A stretch of 64,000 bases of DNA, from positions 1 through 64,000 of the forward strand of contig JBEBGD010000001.1 of NCBI GenBank assembly GCA_040081625.1, given 5' to 3'. The notes beneath the pieces are model-generated. The model was not told where the DNA came from, did no database searches, and saw nothing but the letters and a program-made list of their open reading frames with translations. Position 1 is the first letter of the stretch. Every line of letters begins with the position of its first letter. Below are positions 51,335-60,745 of the stretch, piece by piece. Made by a program: the position numbers and the translations under genes. Origin of the DNA: Chthoniobacteraceae bacterium. GTDB lineage: Bacteria > Verrucomicrobiota > Verrucomicrobiia > Chthoniobacterales > Chthoniobacteraceae.

Positions 51335-52447
51335 ATGAACGTCCTCCTGATTTGCCTCATCGCATTCGCCTTCGCCGCGCACGCCGCGCCGGGCAATGCA
51401 GTGGTCCTGAATGTCGAGCCGACCGCGGAGTTCCCGCGCAACTCCGAGGGATCGTTTGTGACGCTCAAGTCGGGGCGCGTGCTTCATTTTTACACGCAGT
51501 TTTATGGCGGCGCGGCGGATCATAGCGCGGCCCGGATCGTGGCGGTGCAGTCGGAGGATGCCGGGCGAAGCTGGGACGCGAAGCCGCGAACGGTCGTCGA
51601 GAATCGCGGCGGGGCGAATGTGATGAGCGTGTCGCTGCTCCGGCTAAAGAGCGGACGCATCGCGCTGTTCTATCTGCTCAAGAATTCGTGGATCGATTGC
51701 CGGCCGCACGTGGTCTTCAGCGACGATGAGGCGCTGACGTGGAGCGAGCCGAAGCTGATGATGGCGGCCCCGGGTTACTTCGTGATGAACAACGACCGCG
51801 TGATCCAGCACAGCAGCGGGCGGCTGCTCGCGCCGCTGGCTTTCCATCGCGCACGCGGCACCGATCCGGAGAGCAGTCGGTCGTTCGATTCGCGGTCGAT
51901 CGCGCTGTGGCTGGTGTCCGATGACGACGGGCAGACGTGGGCGGAAGCACCGCAATGGCTCGCGCTGCCCGTGCCCGCGACGCGCACCGGATTGCAGGAG
52001 CCGGGCATCGTGGAGCTCGCGGACGGTTCGTTGCTGAGTTGGTTTCGCACGGATCAAGGCGCGCAGTTCGAGACGCGATCGAGCGATGTCGGCAGGACGT
52101 GGACGCCGATCGTGGCGGGCGAGATGAAGTCGCCAGCCTCGCCCGCGAGCATCGAGCGCCTGCCGGGCTCGGGCGATTTGCTCAGCCTCTGGAACGATCA
52201 CGGTGGGCAGTTCCCGATGGTCAAAGGCAAACGCACGCCGCTGGTCGCGGCACTCTCGAGCGACGGCGGGAAGACGTGGCCGCGGCGCAAGCTGATCGAG
52301 GGCGATCCGGACGGATGGTATTGCTACACAGCGATCCACTTCGTCGATGGAGCGGTGCTGCTCGCGTATTGCGCCGGGGATTCAAAAGTCGGCGGGCTCA
52401 ACCGGCTGCGGATCCGGCGGATCGAACTCGACTGGTTCGCCCCGTGA
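51335..52447 (+). CDS. Secreted BNR/Asp-box beta-propeller (sialidase-like glycoside hydrolase)
   Basis: Signal peptide ending AHA-A; five Asp boxes SEDAGRSW, SDDEALTW, SDDDGQTW, SSDVGRTW, SSDGGKTW; LQEPG, RTPL, YCYT. Confidence 0.87.
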   Translation: MNVLLICLIAFAFAAHAAPGNAVVLNVEPTAEFPRNSEGSFVTLKSGRVLHFYTQFYGGAADHSAARIVAVQSEDAGRSWDAKPRTVVENRGGANVMSVSLLRLKSGRIALFYLLKNSWIDCRPHVVFSDDEALTWSEPKLMMAAPGYFVMNNDRVIQHSSGRLLAPLAFHRARGTDPESSRSFDSRSIALWLVSDDDGQTWAEAPQWLALPVPATRTGLQEPGIVELADGSLLSWFRTDQGAQFETRSSDVGRTWTPIVAGEMKSPASPASIERLPGSGDLLSLWNDHGGQFPMVKGKRTPLVAALSSDGGKTWPRRKLIEGDPDGWYCYTAIHFVDGAVLLAYCAGDSKVGGLNRLRIRRIELDWFAP

Positions 52448-52600
52448 GCGCGTGAGGCGGATGGCTGGAGATGCCGCTTGACCTGGCGGGATCGAGTCCG
52501 AACGTGAATGCCGTTGAAGGCGAGGGGCATACCCGGAGGCGCAGCACACATGGCGACAGGACGGCGTGGATTTTCACCATCTCTACAATTCTAAACCGAC

Positions 52601-53764
52601 ATGAAAACGATCGACTTCTCCCTTCCCATCCGGACCCGGACGCGCGCCGGCTTCACGCTCATCGAACTCCTCGTGGTGATCGCCATCATCGCCATCCTCA
52701 TCGGGCTGCTTCTGCCCGCGGTGCAAAAGGTGCGCGAGTCCGCCGCGCGCATGCAGTGCTCGGAGAACCTACGGCAGATCGGCACCGCGCAGGCGGCCTA
52801 TTTCGGCACGAACACCCGCTATAGCGTGAACCTCGAGAACCTCGGGCTTCAGGGCAGCTTCCCGAATGACCGAAGGGATGGCTACGACTACGAAATCGTC
52901 CTCGGGACCGACGGCCAGTCTTACGAGGCGTGGGGCCGGCCCTTCATCCCTGGCAAGACCGGCGCGTGGGATCTGCGAATCAATGAAAAGGCGGAGTTGT
53001 TGGAGATTCCCTCGGCGGGCGCGGACGCGGCGCGCTCGCTCATGTTCGCGAACATCCAGGCCAATGCGCTGCCGAGGCTGGCCGATGTCGTGTCGGACCC
53101 GGCCTTCGTCTTCGACCGTGGCCTGCGAAGCGCCGGCTCGATCGGCAACGCCCGCGAGGCGTTCAAGCGGTTCGATGCCAACGGAGACCGCAGGATCACG
53201 CTCGATGAGATCGGCAATTACAACGGTGTCGGCGCGAACATCGTCCAGCCGTTGATTACGTTTGTGAAAACCGAGATGGCATGGGGTGCCGGCGGCGAGG
53301 ACATCTCGAAGATCGAGGGCGTGACGTGGGGGCAGTTGTCCACGACCACGCGCAGCAGCACCGCCGCGACGCTCAGCGCGAAGCTCGCGGGCGGCGCGAA
53401 CCTCGACAGCCAGTCGCCGGACAGCTTCGACGTCGCGGCTCTCGCCACCGGCAAGGCCAGCCCCGGCCCGCGTTTCACGAGAGCGAGGTTTTTCGCCACC
53501 ATCGATCGCACCCGGACCGGAGGGGACGTTTTCACCGGTTCGTTCCAATTCGCCGACGACCACGGCAACATGGTCAGCGGCTTACACGCGGGCAAATTCA
53601 CGACGACGCAGAACGGTCAGCTTTATCAAGCCGTCGGCATCGCCGGCCAGTGCGTCGGCAAGTTCTTCGTGCCGGGTGCGACGGGCGAAATGCTGCTGCG
53701 CTCCACGGGGCCCGGTTCGGGTCCTCATATCAAGGTCTTCGACGGCAGCGTCTCGCTTCGCTGA
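52601..53764 (+). CDS. Prepilin-type N-terminal cleavage/methylation domain protein with EF-hand-like motif
   Basis: [51 protein letters not shown]. Confidence 0.87.
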   Translation: MKTIDFSLPIRTRTRAGFTLIELLVVIAIIAILIGLLLPAVQKVRESAARMQCSENLRQIGTAQAAYFGTNTRYSVNLENLGLQGSFPNDRRDGYDYEIVLGTDGQSYEAWGRPFIPGKTGAWDLRINEKAELLEIPSAGADAARSLMFANIQANALPRLADVVSDPAFVFDRGLRSAGSIGNAREAFKRFDANGDRRITLDEIGNYNGVGANIVQPLITFVKTEMAWGAGGEDISKIEGVTWGQLSTTTRSSTAATLSAKLAGGANLDSQSPDSFDVAALATGKASPGPRFTRARFFATIDRTRTGGDVFTGSFQFADDHGNMVSGLHAGKFTTTQNGQLYQAVGIAGQCVGKFFVPGATGEMLLRSTGPGSGPHIKVFDGSVSLR

Positions 53765-53809
53765 GGAGGTCGTCCGCTTCCGGTGTAAAGGAGGCCGACC
53801 CCGGAGCGG

Positions 53810-53857
53810 GCACAATATATTGTGGTTGGTAAAGTTTGGGCGCGCTACAAATAGCGC
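53810..53857. promoter_or_regulatory. Tandem NrdR-box-like operators upstream of smc
   Basis: gCACAATATATTGTGg (53810-25, perfect 14-bp palindrome) and GCGCTACAAATAGCGC (53842-57), 32 bp apart. Both resemble the consensus acaCwAtATaTwGtgt. Confidence 0.72.
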
Positions 53858-53932
53858 TTGCCATCGTTTTGGCCGGGCGCATCCTCGCGCTCGTTCCTTC
53901 ACCTTCGGCCCACCCAAACCCAACCAAACGCC

Positions 53933-56900
53933 ATGTATCTAAAGTCGCTCGAAATCCTCGGCTTCAAGAGCTTCGCCCCCAAAACCCTCCTCGAGTTCCA
54001 CCGCGGCGTGACGTGCGTCGTCGGCCCGAACGGCTGCGGCAAATCCAACGTGCTCGACGCCATCCTTTGGGTGCTCGGCGAGCAGTCCGCCAAGGCCCTG
54101 CGCGGCGCCGACATGACCGACGTGATTTTCTCCGGCACCGACAGCCGCTCCGCGCTCGGCATGGCCGAGGTGTCGATGACCTTCAGCGAGTGCGAGGAAG
54201 CGCTCGGTCTCGACTGGCATGAGGTCACGATCACGCGCCGCGTTTTCCGCGAAGGCGGCAGCGAATATCTCCTCAACAAGGCGCCGTGCCGTCTCAAGGA
54301 CATCCACAATCTGTTCATGGATACGGGCATCGGCCGCACGGCCTACTCGATCATGCAGCAGGGCAAGATCGACGCGGTGCTCTCGACCCGGCCCGAGGAT
54401 CGGCGCGCGATCTTCGAGGAGGCGGCGGGCATTACTAAATACAAGTCGCAGAAAAAAGAGGCGCTGCGGAAGCTCGAAGCCACCGAGGTAAATCTCGTGC
54501 GGCTCGTCGATATCATCCGCGAGGTGAAGCGGCAGATCGGTTCGCTCCAGCGGCAGGCGGGCAAGGCGCGGCGCTACCAGTCGCTCATCGGCGACCTCAA
54601 GATGCTCGAGCTCCACCACGCGAAGCAGCAGTGGGAGAATCAGGACGCACAGCGCGGCGAGGCGACCACGCAGCTCGACGCGCTCAGCGTGCGCCAGGGC
54701 GAACACGAAGTGCAGATCGAGGCGCAGGAAGCCGAGGCCGGAGATCGGCGCGCCGCGCTCGACGAGATGGAGACGCGGCTGACCGCGGCGCGGCAGACCG
54801 TGAACGAGCTGCGCACGCGCATCTCCAATCACGAAAACCGCATCGTCTTCAACGAGGAGCGCACGCGTGAATTTGAAGGACTGGTCGAGCGTTATCGCGG
54901 CGATGTCGCGGTGTCGGAGGAGAGATTCCGCGCGCAGGAAGCCGAGCTGCACTCGACGGACACCGAACTCGCGCAGATCACCGACATGCTCGCCGCCGAG
55001 TTGCGGCACATGGAGGAAAAGCAGGTCGCCACCGCCGCGCTCACCGCGCAGCGCGCCGAGATCGAGTCCGCGATCGCCGGCTTTTCGCAGGACGCGGGAC
55101 GGATCGAAAGCCGCATTCATCAATTGCGCGGGAACATCTCCGGCGTCGTGCAGACGCGCGAAGGCGCCGAGGCGCGGCTGGCCTTCCTCGCCGATGAAAC
55201 GCGGCAGCTCGAGTTCGCGTTTGCGCAGCTCACCGAGCAGCGCGGCCACGCCGAGGGCGAGCTTTCCCGCGCGCAGGCCGAGATCGAGGCGCACACCGCC
55301 GAGGTGACCGCCGCGGAGTTTACGCTGCGCCAGTCGCAGGCCATCCTCGCCGAGATCGAGCGCGAACTGCGCGATGCGCAGCGTGTTCTCGCCGAGAAAG
55401 AATCGAAGGCCGAAGTGCTCCGCCAGCTCGTGCAGAGCGGCGAGGGCCTCGGCGAAGGCACGCAGGCCGTCCTGCGCGGACTCGACAACCCGGACTTCTT
55501 CAAGCCCGCCATCTCCGGCGCGCTCGCGCAGCTCATCGACGTCGCGCCCGAATACGTCGCCGCCGTCGAGGCCTGCCTCGGCGCGAATCTCCAGGCGATC
55601 GTGATGAAGGACACGATGATCGCCGAGTCGGTCGTAAAGACGCTCACCTCGCAAAAGCTCGGCACGGCCGCGCTCGCGCTGCGCGATCTCGACCAGCACT
55701 TCGAGCACGTGCGGAACGAGCAGATGGCGCTGCCCGAGGGCGCGATCGACTGGCTCATCAACAAAGTGCGCCCGCAGCCCGAGGTCGCGCGGCTCGTCGA
55801 GCGGCTCGTCAATCACACCGTCCTCGTGCCCGATCTCGAGACGGCGCTGAGCATCTTCCCGCAGCGCGGATCGATGATCGTGACGCTCGCCGGCGAGATC
55901 ATCACGCGCGACGGCATCCTCCACGGCGGCGTCGCCAGCGAGGTGAGCTATTCGATGCTCGACCGTAAAAACCAGCTCCACGCGATCGAGGGCGAAGTCT
56001 GCGCCGCGCGCTCGAAATCGTGGGAGGTCAGCTCGCGCCGCGAGACGACACTCAGCGAGATTGACGGCGCGCAGGCGCGTCTGGAGGAGGCGCGCATCGC
56101 GAAGGCCACCGTCGCGGAGCAGCTCAGCAGCCTGCGCGGACAGCTCGGCATGCTCGATCGCGAGGCGAAGGAAGCCGAGCGCAAGCAGCAGACGCTCGAA
56201 GGCGAGCAGGCGAGCATCGAGGCCCGCCACGCCGAGGCCGCCGCGCGGCTCGCGCAGCTCGAGATCGACATTTCCAGCACCACGCAGAGCCTCGATGCGC
56301 TCCAGCAGCGCCGCGCGGAGAGCCAGGGCCAGCTCGAAGTCTTCCGCGCGCAGGAGAGCGAACTCGCCGCCGAGCTGAACGAGCTGAGGATCAAAGTCGC
56401 CACCGAGCGCCAGCGCCACAGCTCGCTCCACCATCAGCGTGCGCCGATGGAGTCGCGCCTCACCGAGCTCGAGCAGCTTATCGCGCAGCGGCAGACCGAC
56501 ATCACCACCTACGAGCAGCGGCTCGAGGCCGCACAAGCAGAGAACGCGGAGCTGGGCGCGAGCCTCGAGACGCTCAACGCCCGCACCGGCGATGCCGAGT
56601 TGGAAGTCGCGCGCTTGCTCGACGAGCGCACCGAGATTGCCGCGGAGGTCGAGGAATTCAGCAACACGCTGCGCATCCTGCGCCACCAACTCACCGAGTG
56701 CCACGACCAGCGCAGCAAACTCGAAGTCCGCGCCAGCCAGCTCGAGATGCGCGCCAGCGCGCTCGCCGGGCACATCACGAAGCGTTACCAGTTGGACATC
56801 GCCACCTACGAGCGCGACCTCCACGGCCTGCGCGTCGCCGTGCGCGATGCCCTCAAGCGTCGCCAGCGATCCAACTCCAGCACGGACGCCGAGTCCGGCG

Positions 56901-57772
56901 AGCAGCCGGGCGCTGAGATCGCGGTCGAAGTGCCCACGCCTGCGAGTGAGGAGGAAGAGATGATCGACGACGCCTTCGCGATCGACTGGTCCGTCGTCGA
57001 GTCACTCGTCCGCGAGCTCGAAGCGAAGGTCGATTCGATGGGGCCGGTGAACATCGACGCGATCCAGGAGTTCGACGAACTCGAGCAGCGCTACAATTTC
57101 CTCGAGCAGCAGAACACCGACCTGACCAACGCGAAGGCCGAACTGCTCGAAACCATCACGCGCATCAACCGCACGACGCGCGAACTCTTCGCCGACACGT
57201 TCGAGAAAATCCGCGTGAACTTCCAGGAGATGTTCACCGAGCTCTTCGGCGGCGGAAAAGCCAACCTCGTCCTCACCGACGAAGCCGACCCGCTCGAAAG
57301 CGGGATCGAGATCGTCGCCAAGCCGCCCGGAAAGCAGCTCTCGAGCATCAGCCTGCTCTCCGGCGGCGAGCGCACGATGACGGCCGTCGCGCTGCTCTTC
57401 GCCATCTACATGGTCAAGCCGAGCCCGTTCTGCGTGCTCGACGAAATGGACGCGCCGCTCGACGAATCGAACATCACGCGGTTCATCAAGATCCTCGACC
57501 GGTTCGTGGACCAGAGCCAGTTTGTGGTCATCAGCCACAACAAGCGCACCATCGCCCGCGCCGACGCGATCTACGGCGTGACGATGGAAGAGCACGGCAT
57601 CTCCAAGCTCGTGAGCGTCAAGTTCAACACTCGCGACAAAGCTCCCGACAGCGGCGAAGACGTGATGAGCAACAGCGCCGCCGGCCACGTCCCGAGCGTC
57701 GCCGAGGCCTTCGGCAAGAGCTCCAACCTCGCGAGCGAAGACGCGATGGCGGCGGCGGACGGCGCCGCGTAA
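53933..57772 (+). CDS. smc: Chromosome segregation protein SMC
   Basis: MYLKSLEILGFKSFA; Walker A GPNGCGKSN; FEEAAGI.KY; hinge GX6GX3GG (GEIITRDGILHGG); signature LSGGE; Walker B/D-loop CVLDEMDAPLD; long coiled coils. Confidence 0.97.
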   Translation: MYLKSLEILGFKSFAPKTLLEFHRGVTCVVGPNGCGKSNVLDAILWVLGEQSAKALRGADMTDVIFSGTDSRSALGMAEVSMTFSECEEALGLDWHEVTITRRVFREGGSEYLLNKAPCRLKDIHNLFMDTGIGRTAYSIMQQGKIDAVLSTRPEDRRAIFEEAAGITKYKSQKKEALRKLEATEVNLVRLVDIIREVKRQIGSLQRQAGKARRYQSLIGDLKMLELHHAKQQWENQDAQRGEATTQLDALSVRQGEHEVQIEAQEAEAGDRRAALDEMETRLTAARQTVNELRTRISNHENRIVFNEERTREFEGLVERYRGDVAVSEERFRAQEAELHSTDTELAQITDMLAAELRHMEEKQVATAALTAQRAEIESAIAGFSQDAGRIESRIHQLRGNISGVVQTREGAEARLAFLADETRQLEFAFAQLTEQRGHAEGELSRAQAEIEAHTAEVTAAEFTLRQSQAILAEIERELRDAQRVLAEKESKAEVLRQLVQSGEGLGEGTQAVLRGLDNPDFFKPAISGALAQLIDVAPEYVAAVEACLGANLQAIVMKDTMIAESVVKTLTSQKLGTAALALRDLDQHFEHVRNEQMALPEGAIDWLINKVRPQPEVARLVERLVNHTVLVPDLETALSIFPQRGSMIVTLAGEIITRDGILHGGVASEVSYSMLDRKNQLHAIEGEVCAARSKSWEVSSRRETTLSEIDGAQARLEEARIAKATVAEQLSSLRGQLGMLDREAKEAERKQQTLEGEQASIEARHAEAAARLAQLEIDISSTTQSLDALQQRRAESQGQLEVFRAQESELAAELNELRIKVATERQRHSSLHHQRAPMESRLTELEQLIAQRQTDITTYEQRLEAAQAENAELGASLETLNARTGDAELEVARLLDERTEIAAEVEEFSNTLRILRHQLTECHDQRSKLEVRASQLEMRASALAGHITKRYQLDIATYERDLHGLRVAVRDALKRRQRSNSSTDAESGEQPGAEIAVEVPTPASEEEEMIDDAFAIDWSVVESLVRELEAKVDSMGPVNIDAIQEFDELEQRYNFLEQQNTDLTNAKAELLETITRINRTTRELFADTFEKIRVNFQEMFTELFGGGKANLVLTDEADPLESGIEIVAKPPGKQLSSISLLSGGERTMTAVALLFAIYMVKPSPFCVLDEMDAPLDESNITRFIKILDRFVDQSQFVVISHNKRTIARADAIYGVTMEEHGISKLVSVKFNTRDKAPDSGEDVMSNSAAGHVPSVAEAFGKSSNLASEDAMAAADGAA

Positions 57773-57838
57773 TCTTCGCGCCGCTCGGCGGCAATTGCGT
57801 TGTCCTTCGACGCCATTTGCCGTCACAGTTTGCCGCCG

Positions 57839-58840
57839 ATGATTTCCGTCACCATCCCGATCTGCAACGAGGAGGGCAATTTGCCCGACCTTTTCGAGCG
57901 CACGCGCGCGGCCCTCGTGGAGATCGGCAAGCCGTGGGAGATCATCTTCGTCAATGACGGCTCGACGGACGGCAGCGAGGAACTGCTCGACGCCATCGCG
58001 GAGAAGGACGCGCAGGTGCGCGTGGTTCACTTCCGCCGGAACTTCGGCCAGACTGCGGCGATGATGGCCGGTTTCGATTTTGCACGTGGCGAGATCATCA
58101 TCCCGATGGATGGCGATCTTCAGAACGATCCCGCGGACATTCCGGTGCTGCTCGCGAAGCTCGACGAGGGTTTCGACGTGGTGAGCGGCTGGCGGCTCGA
58201 TCGCAAGGATAACGCCGTGACGCGCAATCTGCCGAGCATCATGGCGAACCGGCTCATCTCGTGGGTGAGCGGCGTGCGGCTGCACGACTTCGGTTGCTCG
58301 CTGAAAGCGTATCGGCGCGATGTGATCGAACACGTGCGGCTCTACGGCGAGATGCACCGCTTTCTGCCGATCTACACGCGCTGGCACGGCGCGAAGATCG
58401 CCGAGGTGCCGGTGCGCCATTACGCGAGGGCGCGCGGAAAATCCAAATACGGGCTCGAACGCGTGCTCAAGGTGCTCGCCGATCTTGTGACCGTGAAGTT
58501 CCTCGACCGGATGCAGCAGAAGCCGATGTATGTCTTCGGCGCGGTGGGCCTCACGTCGCTTACGATCAGTTTTCTGAGCGGCACGTATGCAATCTGGCGG
58601 AAGTTCGGAATGGGCGAGTCGTTCATCCAGAATCCGCTGCTGCTCACGTGCATCATCACCGCGATGACCGGCGTGATGTGCATCCTCATGGGGCTCCTCG
58701 CGGAGATGATCGTGCGCACGTTTTTCGAGAGCCAGGGGAAGCCGGTGTATCTCGTGCGGGCAACGCGGAATGTGGAAGAGCGCAACGCCCGACCCCCGAC
58801 CCCCAACTCCCAACATCCGGCATCCAATGTGGGGGTCTGA
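57839..58840 (+). CDS. GT2 glycosyltransferase, ArnC/DPM1-like (polyprenyl-phosphate sugar transferase type)
   Basis: EIIFVNDGSTDGS, RRNFGQTAA, MDGDLQNDP, LYGEMHRFLP, two C-terminal TM helices. Confidence 0.92.
   Translation: MISVTIPICNEEGNLPDLFERTRAALVEIGKPWEIIFVNDGSTDGSEELLDAIAEKDAQVRVVHFRRNFGQTAAMMAGFDFARGEIIIPMDGDLQNDPADIPVLLAKLDEGFDVVSGWRLDRKDNAVTRNLPSIMANRLISWVSGVRLHDFGCSLKAYRRDVIEHVRLYGEMHRFLPIYTRWHGAKIAEVPVRHYARARGKSKYGLERVLKVLADLVTVKFLDRMQQKPMYVFGAVGLTSLTISFLSGTYAIWRKFGMGESFIQNPLLLTCIITAMTGVMCILMGLLAEMIVRTFFESQGKPVYLVRATRNVEERNARPPTPNSQHPASNVGV
58783..58831 (+). repeat. Degenerate heptamer tandem repeat (7 units) at the 3' end of the GT2 gene
   Basis: CAACGCC CGACCCC CGACCCC CAACTCC CAACATC CGGCATC CAATGTG. 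Confidence 0.65.
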
Positions 58841-58864
58841 GGGCGCCATCGCGCGCGATAGCTC

Positions 58865-60745
58865 ATGTGTGGAATAGCGGGGTTTGCCGGCAAAGGTGAC
58901 GTCGCGAACTTGCGACGGATGACGGCGGCGGTGCGGCACCGCGGACCGGACGCTGACGGGCATTGGAACGACGACCGCGTTTTCCTCGGCCATCGTCGGC
59001 TGAGCATCGTGGACCTGGACGGCGGCGCGCAGCCGATGTGGACGGCAGACGGACAGCTCGCGGTGATCTTCAACGGCGAGATCTACAATCACGCCGAGCT
59101 GCGCGCGGAGTTGCAGAAAGCCGGGCGGGTCTTCCGCACCGATCACAGCGACACCGAGGTGCTGCTCCACGGCTATGCGCACTGGGGCGACGGATTCGTC
59201 GATCGGCTCAACGGGATGTGGGCCTTCGTCATTTACGATCGCGCTCGGCAGCGGCTCTTCGCGAGCCGTGATCGTTTCGCGAAGAAACCATTCTTCTACT
59301 TTCACGAGGGCGACACGTTCGGGTTTGCCAGCGAGCTGACAGCGCTGCGCGAGCACCCGCGCTGCCCGCGCGAGATCTCGCGCCTGTCGCTGAAGAAATA
59401 CTTCGCCTACTGCTACATCCCCGCGCCGCGCAGCATCTACGAGCGCGTTTGGAAACTGCCCGGCGGGCAGTCGCTCAGCTACGACATCGGAAGCGGCACG
59501 TTGAAGACTTGGGCGTGGTGGGAATTCGTGCTCTGGAATCCGATCGAGCGCCTCATGCGCAAAGACGAGGCGGCGCGCGTGCCGATCGGTGACACGCGAT
59601 CCACCGAGATCGCGCTGCGCGACACGCTCGAGCGCGCCGTGAAACGCCGCCTGATGTCCGACGTGCCGATCGGCGTCTTTCTCAGCGGTGGGATCGACTC
59701 GTCGGCGATCGCCGCTCTCGCTGCGCAGCACGTCGAGCGCGGGCAGCTCAACACTTTCAGCATCGGCTTCAACGACCCGAGCTTCGATGAATCGGCCTAC
59801 GCGAAGCTCGTCGCGGATCGCATCGGCGCGCAGCATCATCACCAGACTCTCGATCTCGACGACGCCGCGAAGCTCGCGCCGGAACTGGTCGCGCAGCTCG
59901 ACGAGCCGCTGGGCGACGGCTCGCTGCTGCCAACTTATTTGCTCAGCAAATTCACGCGCGAGCATGTGACAGTCGCGCTCGGCGGCGACGGAGGCGACGA
60001 ACTGTTCGCGGGCTACGACCCGTTCCGCGCACTGCACAAGGCGGAGATCTACTCGGCGCTGATGCCGAAGCCGATTCACGCCGCGATCCGGCACCTCGCC
60101 GCATGGCTGCCGGTGAGCCACACGAATCTCTCGTGGGATTTCAAACTCAAGCGCACGCTCATGGGCCTGAGCTATTCGTCGCCGCTTTGGAATGCTGTGT
60201 GGATGAGCGCGCTCGAACCACGCGAACTGCGCGACCTTTTCGCCGAGCCCACGGACCCGGAGGAAATCTACAGCGAGGCGATCACGGCGTGGGAGCACTG
60301 CGCGCACCGCAACACCGTGGACCGCGCGCTGCAATTCTGGACGAATCTTTACCTGCGCGACGGCATCATGGCGAAGGTCGATCGCGCCTCGATGATGTGC
60401 TCGCTCGAGGCGCGCTCGCCCTTCCTCGATGTCGAGGTGGTCGATCTCGCCCGCCGGTTGCCGTGGCAGGTGAAGTTGAGCGGTGGCGAGACGAAGTGGA
60501 TCCTCAAGCGCGCTCTCGATCCGCTGCTGCCACGCGAGATCATCGATCGTCCGAAGAAAGGCTTCGGGATGCCGATCGGCCGCTGGCTGCGCGAGGGCAG
60601 GTTTGATTTCGCGCACGACTCGGCGCGCCCGCATCTCGATACCGGCTACGCCGGCCGCAAGGTGCTCGCACACATGGGTGGCACGGCGGACGAGCGGCTG
60701 TTCCTATGGAGCTACTGGGTGCTTTGCGAGTGGCTGAAGCGATGA
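58865..60745 (+). CDS. asnB: Asparagine synthase (glutamine-hydrolysing) family amidotransferase
   Basis: N-terminal MCGIAG (Ntn Cys), HRGPD, GHRRLSIVD, FNGEIYN, FLSGGIDSS, GDGGDELFAGY, KVDRASM, RPKKGF. Confidence 0.94.
   Translation: MCGIAGFAGKGDVANLRRMTAAVRHRGPDADGHWNDDRVFLGHRRLSIVDLDGGAQPMWTADGQLAVIFNGEIYNHAELRAELQKAGRVFRTDHSDTEVLLHGYAHWGDGFVDRLNGMWAFVIYDRARQRLFASRDRFAKKPFFYFHEGDTFGFASELTALREHPRCPREISRLSLKKYFAYCYIPAPRSIYERVWKLPGGQSLSYDIGSGTLKTWAWWEFVLWNPIERLMRKDEAARVPIGDTRSTEIALRDTLERAVKRRLMSDVPIGVFLSGGIDSSAIAALAAQHVERGQLNTFSIGFNDPSFDESAYAKLVADRIGAQHHHQTLDLDDAAKLAPELVAQLDEPLGDGSLLPTYLLSKFTREHVTVALGGDGGDELFAGYDPFRALHKAEIYSALMPKPIHAAIRHLAAWLPVSHTNLSWDFKLKRTLMGLSYSSPLWNAVWMSALEPRELRDLFAEPTDPEEIYSEAITAWEHCAHRNTVDRALQFWTNLYLRDGIMAKVDRASMMCSLEARSPFLDVEVVDLARRLPWQVKLSGGETKWILKRALDPLLPREIIDRPKKGFGMPIGRWLREGRFDFAHDSARPHLDTGYAGRKVLAHMGGTADERLFLWSYWVLCEWLKR

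Noticed and set aside
50696..51523. 276-aa N-terminal extension of the minus-strand ORF 49253-51523
   Set aside because: It overlaps two + strand genes and looks non-coding. DUF1501 similarity starts near the Met at 50695.
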